Made by a program: the position numbers and the translations under genes
From: Candidatus Methylomirabilota bacterium
GTDB lineage: Bacteria > Methylomirabilota > Methylomirabilia > Rokubacteriales > CSP1-6
Assembly (NCBI GenBank): GCA_035275385.1
Contig: DATEMW010000076.1
Location: forward strand, 1 to 40,273
Direction of reading: 5' to 3'
DNA: 40,273 nucleotides
Shown: positions 18,627 through 27,188 of the stretch, piece by piece
Layout of the letters: every line of letters begins with the position of its first letter
How positions within the stretch are numbered: position 1 is the stretch's first letter
Notes under the pieces: model-generated
Databases searched by the model: none
What the model was told of the DNA's origin: nothing
Seen by the model: only the letters and a program-made list of their open reading frames with translations

Positions 18627-20213
18627 ATGCCGGTGACGATCTCGCTCGACACCCTGCGCAAGGCCGTCGTCGCCGCCGGGGCCACGGGCGTCGGCGCGCC
18701 GCACGACGGCTCGATCCAGTGCCGGCTACCGGCCTGGGAAGTGCCCGCGCTCGCTGATCGTCTGGCGGCAGTCGGCGCGCGCTGCCAGTTCATGGCCGCC
18801 GCCGACACGCGCACGGCAGCCAGCGGCGACTTCACCCTCGCTTACGTTTTCGCCCCACCGCAGCTCGCGCCGTCGGTCAGCGTGCTGGCGGCCGTTCCGG
18901 CCGGGACGGCCCGCTTCGCCTCGCTCGCGACGCGTTCGTTCGCGGCGAGCCGCTTCGAGCGGGAGATCCACGACCTGTTCGGTCTGGTTCCAGAGGGCCA
19001 TCCGGACTTGCGCCGGCTCGCGCTGCACCAGTACTGGCCAGAGGGGTATCACCCGCTCCGCCGCGACGTCGCGCCCCGGACGGATTTCGTCGACACCGGC
19101 GAGCCGTTTCCGTTCCGGCGGGTCGACGGCGAGGGCATCTTCGAGATCACCGTGGGGCCGGTTCACGCCGGAATCATCGAGCCCGGCCATTTTCGCTTCA
19201 GCGTCGAAGGCGAGACGATCGTGAATCTCGAGACACGCCTGGGCTTCGTTCACAAGGGGACGGAACGGCTGCTGGCAGAGTCAGCCCTCGAGCGTGGACC
19301 AGAGCTCGCCGAGCGGGTCTCGGGCGACACGACCGTCGGCCACGTCATGGCCTTCTGTCAGGCGCTCGAGGCCCTCGCCGGCTGCGTAGTGCCGCCCCGC
19401 GCGCGCCTGCTTCGGCTCGTCCTGCTCGAGCTCGAGCGGATCTACAACCACGTCGGTGACGTGGGCATGATCGTGAACGACACCGGATTCGCCTTCGGGC
19501 ACGCGCACTGCTTCCGAATTCGCGAAGAGCTGCTGCGGCTCAACGAACGGCTCACCGGCCACCGTCTGATGCGCGGAGCGGTGGTGCCGGGCGGAGTGGC
19601 GGGCCCGATCGCTGCCGTGCCGCTGCTCGAGGCTGCGACGGCCGCCGGCAATCTGGTCGCGGAGTTCGCCGCGGTCACGCGGGTCTGCCTGGACAACACG
19701 CTGGTCCTCGAACGGCTCCAGGGGACCGGTCGTCTGACCGCGCGGACTGCGGAGGAGATGCAAGTGGTCGGGCTCGTCGGACGTGCGAGCGGGATCGATG
19801 CCGATGTCCGCCGCGACGCGCCCTTCGCCGCCTACGACGGCGCCCACGTGCGCGTGGCGGTGTACGGAGCGGGCGACGTGTGGGCGCGGACGATGGTGCG
19901 CCTGGACGAAGCGCGCGAGGCGGCGCGCCTCATCGGCGAGGCCGCCCGCCGCGACACGAGCGGACCCGTGCGAGCCTCGCTGCCGCCCTTCAAGGCCGGC
20001 GCGCACGCCTTCGGGCTCGTCGAAGCGTGGCGCGGGCCCGTGTGGCACTGGGTGCTCGCTGACGGCCCCAAGTCGCTCAGTCGCGTGAAGATCGTCGACC
20101 CGTCCTTTCGTAACTGGCCGGCGCTCGAATACGCGGTACTCAACAACATCGTTCCGGATTTTCCCCTCTGTAACAAGTCCTTCAACCTCTCGTACTCGGG
20201 GAACGATCTCTAG
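18627..20213 (+). CDS. HycE/HyfG-like large subunit (NuoC-NuoD fusion) lacking the paired [NiFe] cysteine motifs
   Basis: The NuoC-like part contains RFEREIHDLFGLVPEGHPDLRRL. The NuoD / NiFe-large-subunit part contains ITVGPVHAGIIEPGHFRF and LGFVHKGTERL. The position of the RxCGxCxxxH motif reads ERVSGDTTVGH (19311-19343). The position of the C-terminal DPCxxCxxR motif reads NLSYSGNDL (20184-20210), followed directly by the stop. Confidence 0.9.
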   Translation: MPVTISLDTLRKAVVAAGATGVGAPHDGSIQCRLPAWEVPALADRLAAVGARCQFMAAADTRTAASGDFTLAYVFAPPQLAPSVSVLAAVPAGTARFASLATRSFAASRFEREIHDLFGLVPEGHPDLRRLALHQYWPEGYHPLRRDVAPRTDFVDTGEPFPFRRVDGEGIFEITVGPVHAGIIEPGHFRFSVEGETIVNLETRLGFVHKGTERLLAESALERGPELAERVSGDTTVGHVMAFCQALEALAGCVVPPRARLLRLVLLELERIYNHVGDVGMIVNDTGFAFGHAHCFRIREELLRLNERLTGHRLMRGAVVPGGVAGPIAAVPLLEAATAAGNLVAEFAAVTRVCLDNTLVLERLQGTGRLTARTAEEMQVVGLVGRASGIDADVRRDAPFAAYDGAHVRVAVYGAGDVWARTMVRLDEAREAARLIGEAARRDTSGPVRASLPPFKAGAHAFGLVEAWRGPVWHWVLADGPKSLSRVKIVDPSFRNWPALEYAVLNNIVPDFPLCNKSFNLSYSGNDL

Positions 20214-20812
20214 ACGACCCTGCCGCCGCCGACCGACCGCGCCGAGAAGCGGCGCATGTCGGCCTTCTCGGAGCGGCCTTCCGCTTCGATCACGAAGCCC
20301 GCCGCCTCGACCGCCCGCTCGGTGTCCCGGTTGGGGTGACAGCCGCCGCTGACCCACGTCCACACCGGCTCCACGCGATCTTGAAATATCGCCTTCCACC
20401 GTCGCCGCGAGCGTACGTGCTCCAGCATCCGTAGCCGGCCATCGCGCCGCAGCACGCGCTTGACCTCGGCGAGGCCCCGCGCGGGCTCCCGCACGGTGCA
20501 GAAGACCAGGCTCGAGACCACGGTGTCGAAGGCGTCGTCGCGGAAGGGCAGCGCCTCGGCGCTTCCCTGCACCAGCGGCACGGTCGGCGCGCGGCGCCGG
20601 GCACGCGCGAGCGAGTCCCAGGCCGGATCGAGACCGATCGGACGAACGTCACGGGAATAGAGCGCGAGCCCGCGTCCGGTGCCGCAGCCGACGTCGAGCG
20701 TTCGGCCGCGCGCGCCGGCGGCGAGCCAGCGCCGCCAGGCGTCGAGGCCCGTACGCTCGAGCACCGCGCAGAGCCCGTCGTAGAGCCACGGGATCTGCTC
20801 GACCCCGCGCAC
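20210..20812 (-). CDS. Class I SAM-dependent methyltransferase
   Basis: Motif I is LDVGCGTGRGL. LVFCTV and GRLRMLEHV follow. The GTG start directly abuts the FIST stop (TGAGTG). Confidence 0.85.
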   Translation of the reverse strand: MRGVEQIPWLYDGLCAVLERTGLDAWRRWLAAGARGRTLDVGCGTGRGLALYSRDVRPIGLDPAWDSLARARRRAPTVPLVQGSAEALPFRDDAFDTVVSSLVFCTVREPARGLAEVKRVLRRDGRLRMLEHVRSRRRWKAIFQDRVEPVWTWVSGGCHPNRDTERAVEAAGFVIEAEGRSEKADMRRFSARSVGGGRVV

Positions 20813-21976
20813 TCAGGCCTCGGGAAAGACGACGAGCGCGCCCGTGTAGTTGTGGAAGAAGTTGCGGCGGCCGATCGGCGCGAACTCGCCGTTGCCGAAG
20901 AACCCGACCAGCGGGAATTCGCCGAGCTTCTCGCGGATCAAGGTCACGTCGTGATCGGCGACGCCGAAGAGCCCGCGGCCGCGTCCGGCGCAATCGAAGT
21001 AGCAGCCGAACGCCGGCCGCCGCCCGGCGAGCCGCCCCGCGAGCTCGTCGAGCATCTCGATCAGGTCGTCGCGCGAGGCCTGCGCATCGCGGATCTGGAA
21101 CTGCAGGGTCTGTCCAATCCGCACGCGCTCGGCGACGGCCAGGGCGCCGCTCGCCTGATCAGCGCCGACCAGATTGCGCACGAGGAAGTCGCCGCGCTCG
21201 AGGGGCGACTTGGCCGGATCCATCGCGAGCCCGGCGAAGACGCCAGCGTGTCGAATACGCGACTCGGTGTCGGGGTTCGCGCGGATCGCCTGGGTGAGCA
21301 CCTCCAGCGCCGGCCGGCTCGCGATCCGCTGGATCACGTTGGCGTCGGCGTGCGTGATCACGTACGGCTCGCCGATCGGCGTGCAGCCCTGCGTGACGCC
21401 GATCAGCGGCGAGAGCCCGGAGAGCGCGACGCCGACCAGCGCGCCTTCGGTCGCGTCGGTGTTATAGAGCTCGAACATCGGCGAGCCCGCCGCGACCGCG
21501 CCGAGCACGGGCACGAAGCCGAGCGCTTCACCGAGCTCGTTCAGGAGCGCCGGCGGGTTGCAGCCGATGGCGTCGGGCAGCACGAGCACGCAGCCGCCTT
21601 CCGCGACGGTCGGCCCGATCTGCTGGCCGAGCTCAGCGCCGAGCTGGGGCCGCTCGCCCTGGCGCTCGAACGAAAACGGCGTGGCGACGAGACGCTCGCA
21701 GCGGACCGCGAGCACCGCGACGGCCAGATCCTCTTCCACTTCGCGGCGCTCGGTCAGGATCCCGGTGCCGCTGCAGCCGATGACGACCGGCGCTCCGGTG
21801 ACGCGCCGGACCGCGTGCAGCGCCTCGTGAGCGCGCGCCCGGGCGTCGCCAGTGGTGAAGACGAGGGCGAGGTCGGCGCGATCGGCGCCGCTCCGCTCGA
21901 GGGCCTGTAGCGATGCCTCGAGCGCGGCGTTGTCGGCGGTGCCGCCCACGGCGAGACCGGTTCCCGCGGCGATCAT
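20813..21976 (-). CDS. Stand-alone FIST (FIST_N + FIST_C) sensory-domain protein
   Basis: It has a FIST-like layout: LALVFTTGD...VIGCSGTGIL in the N-terminal half and FPLVGFFGNGEFAP...HNYTGALVVF at the C-terminus. Confidence 0.82.
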   Translation of the reverse strand: MIAAGTGLAVGGTADNAALEASLQALERSGADRADLALVFTTGDARARAHEALHAVRRVTGAPVVIGCSGTGILTERREVEEDLAVAVLAVRCERLVATPFSFERQGERPQLGAELGQQIGPTVAEGGCVLVLPDAIGCNPPALLNELGEALGFVPVLGAVAAGSPMFELYNTDATEGALVGVALSGLSPLIGVTQGCTPIGEPYVITHADANVIQRIASRPALEVLTQAIRANPDTESRIRHAGVFAGLAMDPAKSPLERGDFLVRNLVGADQASGALAVAERVRIGQTLQFQIRDAQASRDDLIEMLDELAGRLAGRRPAFGCYFDCAGRGRGLFGVADHDVTLIREKLGEFPLVGFFGNGEFAPIGRRNFFHNYTGALVVFPEA

Positions 21977-22017
21977 GCCTGGACTCTACCACCGTTGCTG
22001 CTACACTTTTTGCCGCG

Positions 22018-22812
22018 ATGGGCCTCACGATCACCCAGGTCGACGCGTTCACCGACACGCCGTTCGCCGGCAACCCCGCGGCGGTCTGCCTCTTGCCGTC
22101 GCCGCGCGACGAGGGCTGGATGCAGAGCGTCGCGCGCGAGATGAACCTCTCCGAGACGGCGTTTCTCGTACGCCAGGCCGACGGCTTCGGGCTGCGCTGG
22201 TTCACGCCGGCGGTCGAGGTTGCTCTATGCGGTCACGCGACCTTGGCGAGCGCTCACGTGCTCTGGCAAGAAGGGCACCTGCCCGCCACTCGGCAGGCGC
22301 GTTTTCACACCAAGAGCGGGCTCCTCACCGGCGACCGCGCGGGCGAGTGGATCGAGCTCGACTTTCCCGCCAAGCGCGAAGAGGCAGCGCCGGCGCCCGA
22401 CGGCCTCGCCGAGGCTCTCGGCGCGGCGCCGAAATACGTCGGCCGAAACCAGTTCGACTACCTCGTCGAGGTGGACAGCGAGGAGACGGTCAGGCGGCTC
22501 ACGCCGAATCACACGGCGCTCGCGGCGCTCCCGGTTCGCGGTGTGATCGTGACGAGCCGCGCTGCGTCGCAGGGGTACGACTTCGTTTCGCGGTTCTTCG
22601 CGCCGGGCTCCGGCATCGCGGAAGACCCGGTGACGGGCTCGGCCCATTGCGCGCTCGGGCCGTTCTGGCAGGCGCGCCTGGGCAAGAGCGACCTCCTCGC
22701 CTATCAGGCCTCGTCGCGCGGCGGCGTCGTTCGGGTTCGCGTCGCGGGCGACCGCGTCAAGCTCGGCGGCAAGGCCGTCACCGTGCTGCGCGGCGAGCTG
22801 CTCGCACCGTAG
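22018..22812 (+). CDS. PhzF-family isomerase
   Basis: QVDAFTDTPFAGNPAAVC, ETAFL, FTPAVEVALCGHATLA and GIAEDPVTGSAHCAL are present. The start is taken at the internal ATG MGLTITQ. Confidence 0.88.
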   Translation: MGLTITQVDAFTDTPFAGNPAAVCLLPSPRDEGWMQSVAREMNLSETAFLVRQADGFGLRWFTPAVEVALCGHATLASAHVLWQEGHLPATRQARFHTKSGLLTGDRAGEWIELDFPAKREEAAPAPDGLAEALGAAPKYVGRNQFDYLVEVDSEETVRRLTPNHTALAALPVRGVIVTSRAASQGYDFVSRFFAPGSGIAEDPVTGSAHCALGPFWQARLGKSDLLAYQASSRGGVVRVRVAGDRVKLGGKAVTVLRGELLAP

Positions 22813-22827
22813 CCGACACCCCCGCGA

Positions 22828-23832
22828 TCACTGGATCACCTGGTCCGCACGGACCAGCACCGATTGCGGGATGCTCAGACCAAGCGCCTTGGCGGTCTTT
22901 ACGTTGACGATCAGGTCGAACTTCGTCGGCTGCTCGACCGGCAGATCAGCCGGCTTGGCCCCCTTCAGGATCTTGTCGACGTAGCCCGCCGCGCGGCGCG
23001 CGCCATCGCGCAGGTCGGGGCCGTAGCTCATGAGCCCGCCGGCCTCGGAATAAAGCGAGTAAGGGTAGAGCGCCGGCAGCCGGTTGGTCGCGACGAGATC
23101 GACGATCTGCGCGGATCGCGAGTGAAGGCGCGCGCAGTCGAGCACGAGCATCGCATCCAGCCGCTGGCGCGCTGCCGTCGCGATCACGCTCGCCGGGTCC
23201 TGCGTCCTGCTCACCGCCAGCGACAACGGCGTGACCTTCAAGAGGCTCGCCGCCGCCTGCGTCTCCTTCCATTCGCTCTCGCCGAGCGGCTCGCCCGGCC
23301 CGCACCAGAGCACGCCGACGCGCGAGAGCTTCGGCACCATCTCGCGAAGAATCTCCAGACGCTTGCGGCTGAGCTCGGGCGAGATCATGGTGAGGCCGGT
23401 GACGTTGCCGCCGGGGCGGGCCAGGCTCGCCACCAAGCCCTGCATGACCGCGTCGCCGCTCGACACCATCACGATCGGAATCGTCCGGGTCGCGCGCTTC
23501 GCGGCCAGCGAGGCGACCCCGCTCTGCGTCACGATCACGTCCATCTTCAGGCGGATCAGCTCCGCGACGAGATCGGGAAGCTTTCCCAGCTGTCCTTGCG
23601 CGTACCGAACCTCGATCGTCACGTCGCGCCCTTCTTGATAGCCGAGATCCCGCAGCCCTTGGCGGAACGCGTCGAGATGCGGGTTGTCGCTCGGTCCCGA
23701 GCGCATGCTCACGAAGCCGATGCGCCGCGGCGACGCCGACTGCGCCGAGACGCCCAGCGGCGAAGCCAGCAGGCTGAGCACGACGGCCAGCGCCAGCAAT
23801 CGCGCCGCGAGCATGCGCCAGAGCACGGTCAC
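22828..23832 (-). CDS. ABC-transporter substrate-binding protein (ABC_sub_bind / COG2984 type) with signal peptide
   Basis: The signal peptide is LLALAVVLSLLASPLGVSAQ. Family-typical blocks are RIGFVS...LRDLGYQEGRDVTIEVRYAQGQ...LPDLVAELIRLKMDVIVT and PVEQPTKFDLIVNVKTAKALGL. Confidence 0.85.
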   Translation of the reverse strand: MTVLWRMLAARLLALAVVLSLLASPLGVSAQSASPRRIGFVSMRSGPSDNPHLDAFRQGLRDLGYQEGRDVTIEVRYAQGQLGKLPDLVAELIRLKMDVIVTQSGVASLAAKRATRTIPIVMVSSGDAVMQGLVASLARPGGNVTGLTMISPELSRKRLEILREMVPKLSRVGVLWCGPGEPLGESEWKETQAAASLLKVTPLSLAVSRTQDPASVIATAARQRLDAMLVLDCARLHSRSAQIVDLVATNRLPALYPYSLYSEAGGLMSYGPDLRDGARRAAGYVDKILKGAKPADLPVEQPTKFDLIVNVKTAKALGLSIPQSVLVRADQVIQ

Positions 23833-23842
23833 GATCGGGCTT

Positions 23843-24376
23843 TCACAGGCGATAGAGCATCCAGTAGACCAGCACGCCGGTCACCGAGACGTAGAGCCAG
23901 ATCGGGAGCGTGAAGCGCGCGATCCGCCTGTGACGCGCAAAGTCGCTCCTGAGCGCGCGATAGACGGTTGTGAGCGCCAGCGGAACGATCACCGCGGCCA
24001 GGATGATGTGCGAGATCAGCAGCGGGAAGTACACGGCGCGGATCCAGCCGACGCCGCCGAACGGCCGCGAGCCGGCCAGCGAATGGTACGTGACGTACGA
24101 GACCAGGAACGCGATCGAGACCACGAGCGCCGAGACCATGCACGTCTTGTGCGCGATCACACGCCGGCGCCGGATGAACACCCAGCCGGCAGTCAGCAGC
24201 GCGGCGCTCGTCGCGTTCAGGCACGCGTTCAGCAACGGGAGCGCCCCGACCGAGGCACCGGCCTCGGTCTGCGGCTTCTCGCCCAGCAGCAGGTAGCCGA
24301 CGACGGCGACGACCGCGACCGAGATCACACCGATCGCGCCGAGTGCCGAACGATCGCCGCCGGCCGGCACGCTCAT
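23843..24376 (-). CDS. DUF420-family membrane protein
   Basis: It has four TM helices. Family-typical blocks are LNACLNATSAALL...HKTCM...FLVSYVTYH...ISHIILAAV...HRRIARFTLPIWLYVSVTGVLVY. It overlaps the upstream NRAMP-like stop by 4 nt. Confidence 0.8.
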   Translation of the reverse strand: MSVPAGGDRSALGAIGVISVAVVAVVGYLLLGEKPQTEAGASVGALPLLNACLNATSAALLTAGWVFIRRRRVIAHKTCMVSALVVSIAFLVSYVTYHSLAGSRPFGGVGWIRAVYFPLLISHIILAAVIVPLALTTVYRALRSDFARHRRIARFTLPIWLYVSVTGVLVYWMLYRL

Positions 24377-25659
24377 CGAAGCGTCACGAAGAAGGCGACG
24401 GCCGCGACGAACATGAGCGCGGTCGTCAGCCAGCCCAGCACGTTGAGCCAGAGGCCGTTCGTGCGCTCGCCCATGACGGCGGGGTTACTCCCGACCAGCA
24501 TGACGAGCAGGAGCAGCGGCGGCGCCAGGAGCCCGTTGAGCAGCGCCGAGAGAAACAGCATGCGGATGGGGCTCGTGCCGGTGAGGTTGAGCGCCATGCC
24601 CGCGATCACCGCGCCGCCGAACACCAGATAGAAGTATCGGCCGCGGCGCGGAGTGAGATCGAGCCCGGAACGCCAGCCGAACACCTCGGCGATCGCGAAC
24701 GAGGCCGATGCCGCCAGGACGGGGACGGCCAGAAGACCGGTCCCGATGAGCCCGATGCCGAAGAGCAGATAGGCGCCGTCGCCCGCCAGCGGACGCAACG
24801 CCTCGGCCGCCTCGCGAGCGGTCTCGATCTCCGTGCGGCCCGACGCATGCAGCGTCGCCCCGGTCGTGAGCATGATGAAGAACATGACGAGGTTGGAGAA
24901 CAGCATGCCCGTGGTGACGTCGAGCCGCGCGTCGGTGAGCTCGTGCGCGCTGGCGCCGCGCCGTGCCGCCACGGTGCGCCGGCCCCGCGCCTTTTCTTCC
25001 TCCACCTCGTGCGAGGCCTGCCAGAAGAAGAGATACGGCGAGATGGTCGTGCCGAGCACGGCGACCATCGTCGTCACGTAGAGCGAATCCCAGCGCATGT
25101 TCGGGATGAGCGTCGCGTGCGCGACCGCGCCCCAGTCCGGCTTGACCAGGAACGCGGTGATCACGTACGCGAGCAAGGCCGCGGTCAGCCACTTGAGATA
25201 CCGGGCGAAGGTCGCGTAGGCCGCGTAGACCGTGCCGAGAAGGATCAAGAGGCCGAGCACCGGGACGGACACGAGCCGCGGCACGCCCGTGAGCATCTGC
25301 GCTACGCCGGCCATGCCGGAGAGATCGGCGGCGATGTTGAACACGTTGGCGATCATCAGGAGCAGGCACGCGACGTAGAGGTAGGGACGCGGATAGTGAT
25401 CGCGGATCGCGGCAGCCAGGCCGCGGCCGCTGACGAGGCCGATGCGGGCGCAGATGAGCTGCACGGCCGCCATCAATGGAAACGTCGCCAGCGCCATCCA
25501 GAGCGCGCCGTAGCCCAGCGCGGCGCCGGCGACCGAATAGGTCGCGATCCCGCTCGGGTCGTCGTCGGCTGCGCCGGTGACGAGCCCCGGCCCGAGAATC
25601 CTGAAATAGCGGACCAGCGGATTCTGGCTGTGCCGGTCGGCTTCGCGAAGGCGGCTCAT
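24373..25659 (-). CDS. NRAMP-related transporter with non-canonical metal-site motifs
   Basis: GPGLVTGAADDDPSGIATYSVAGAALGYGALW aligns to the MntH TM1 region. The start is taken at MSRLREAD (25659); the track ORF extends to 25698. Confidence 0.85.
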   Translation of the reverse strand: MSRLREADRHSQNPLVRYFRILGPGLVTGAADDDPSGIATYSVAGAALGYGALWMALATFPLMAAVQLICARIGLVSGRGLAAAIRDHYPRPYLYVACLLLMIANVFNIAADLSGMAGVAQMLTGVPRLVSVPVLGLLILLGTVYAAYATFARYLKWLTAALLAYVITAFLVKPDWGAVAHATLIPNMRWDSLYVTTMVAVLGTTISPYLFFWQASHEVEEEKARGRRTVAARRGASAHELTDARLDVTTGMLFSNLVMFFIMLTTGATLHASGRTEIETAREAAEALRPLAGDGAYLLFGIGLIGTGLLAVPVLAASASFAIAEVFGWRSGLDLTPRRGRYFYLVFGGAVIAGMALNLTGTSPIRMLFLSALLNGLLAPPLLLLVMLVGSNPAVMGERTNGLWLNVLGWLTTALMFVAAVAFFVTLR

Positions 25660-25739
25660 GAAGACGACATCATTATGCCCGCACACCATGCCGCCCATTC
25701 GGCTAACATGGCCGGCCTGAACGAAGGAGGAAGACGAGC

Positions 25740-27173
25740 GTGAGTGGATTCAGCGACTACGAGCGATACGACGCGACCGGCCTGGCCGACCTCGTCCGCC
25801 GTCGACAGGTCTCCGCCGCGGATCTCCTCGAGGCCGCGATCGAGCGCGTGCAGGCCCGCAACGGCGCCGTCAACGCGGTGACGATGCCGCTGTACGACTA
25901 CGCGCGCGCCGCGATCGCCGCGGGCCTGCCCGACGGCCCGTTCACCGGTGTGCCGTTTCTCATGAAGGACCTCACGGCGGCGATCGCGGGCGTGCCGATG
26001 ACACGCAGCTCGCGGTTCTTCGCCGACGCGCCGCCGCCGACCGCCGACAGCGAGCACGTCGCCCGGCTCAAGCGCGCCGGTCTCGTGATCTTCGGCCGCA
26101 CCAACACGTGCGAGCTCGGGCTGTCGCTCACGTGTGAGCCGCGGCTCCACGGGCCCACGCGGAACCCGTGGGATCTCAGCCGGATCTCGGGCGGCTCCAG
26201 CGGCGGCGCAGCCGCGGCGGTCGGCGCGCGCATGCTGCCGATGGCGCACGCGACCGACGGCTTCGGCTCGATCCGCGCGCCGGCTGCGTGCTGCGGCGTC
26301 GTCGGGCTCAAGCCCACGCGCGGGCGCAACACGATGGCGCCGGTGCTCGGCGAAGGGCTCGGTGGCTGCTCGGTGGAGCACGCCGTCACCCTGTCCGTGC
26401 GCGACTCGGCCACGCTGCTCGACGCGACGTGCGGCTCGGGCCCGGGCGATCCGTACGTCGCGCCGACGCCGACGCGGCCATTCCGGCAGGAAGTCGGGGC
26501 CGATCCCGGTGCCCTGCGTATCGCGTTCACGAGCCTGGCGCCGAACGGCGCGAAGGTGGAAGCGGAGAGCTTGCGCGTGCTCAGCGAGACGGCGCGGCTC
26601 TGCGCCGAGCTCGGGCACCGGGTCGAGGAGAGCGATCCGGCGATCGATCGCTCGGTGGTCGTGCCGACGTTCCTGACGCTCGCCGCGGCGAACACGATCG
26701 TGAACCTGTCGAGCCATCCCACGAAGGGCCGCGCGGCGCACGCCGACGAAGTCGAGACGGTGACGTGGGCGACGGCCAGGCTCGGCGAGAAGGTCACCGG
26801 CGCCGACTACGTTCGTGCCACACAGGCCGCCCATCGGCTCGGCCGCCAGATGGCCGCGTTCCATGGCGACTGGGACGTGCTGCTCACGCCCGGCCTGGCG
26901 ACCGTGCCCGTGAAGCTCGGCTGGATCGACATGATGATGGACGACGTCGACGAGTACTGGCGCCGCGTGTTCACCTTCTCGCCCTTTACCGTGTGGTTCA
27001 ACCTGACCGGGCAGCCCGCGATGATGCTGCCGCTCGGCCGGTCGGCGGAGGGCCTGCCGATCGCGGTCCAGATCGTCGCGCGGTACGGGGACGAGTCGAC
27101 GCTCTTTCGGCTGGCCGCACAGCTCGAGGCCGCGCGGCCGTGGTTCGACAGGAAGCCCGCGCTCGCCGCCTGA
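25740..27173 (+). CDS. Amidase-signature family amidase (GTG start)
   Basis: GGSSGGAAAAV and the upstream KDL motif of the Ser-cisSer-Lys triad are present. Confidence 0.9.
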   Translation: MSGFSDYERYDATGLADLVRRRQVSAADLLEAAIERVQARNGAVNAVTMPLYDYARAAIAAGLPDGPFTGVPFLMKDLTAAIAGVPMTRSSRFFADAPPPTADSEHVARLKRAGLVIFGRTNTCELGLSLTCEPRLHGPTRNPWDLSRISGGSSGGAAAAVGARMLPMAHATDGFGSIRAPAACCGVVGLKPTRGRNTMAPVLGEGLGGCSVEHAVTLSVRDSATLLDATCGSGPGDPYVAPTPTRPFRQEVGADPGALRIAFTSLAPNGAKVEAESLRVLSETARLCAELGHRVEESDPAIDRSVVVPTFLTLAAANTIVNLSSHPTKGRAAHADEVETVTWATARLGEKVTGADYVRATQAAHRLGRQMAAFHGDWDVLLTPGLATVPVKLGWIDMMMDDVDEYWRRVFTFSPFTVWFNLTGQPAMMLPLGRSAEGLPIAVQIVARYGDESTLFRLAAQLEAARPWFDRKPALAA

Positions 27174-27188
27174 CGTCCTGACCGCGGC

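Noticed and set aside
17055-18704. A 549-aa minus-strand ORF and a 566-aa plus-strand ORF (17057-18757) across the HyfF-like gene.
   Set aside because: Both are highly charged, Arg/Asp/Glu/Gly-rich translations without motifs. They are off-frame or antisense to a clear antiporter-like subunit.
20042-20057. A TGGCAC sequence that could be the -24 element of a sigma-54 promoter, given the NtrC-type regulator in the window. Similar TGGCAC hits occur near 2800 and 18310.
   Set aside because: All three lie inside coding sequence, and the GC dinucleotide is not at the required spacing (GG-N10-GC). I see no convincing sigma-54 promoter in this window.
24343-26864. Long antisense ORFs opposite the NRAMP-like gene (24343-25743, plus strand) and the amidase gene (25656-26864, minus strand).
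   Set aside because: Both have compositionally biased Arg/Glu/Asp/Gly-rich translations. The opposite-strand genes carry strong family motifs.
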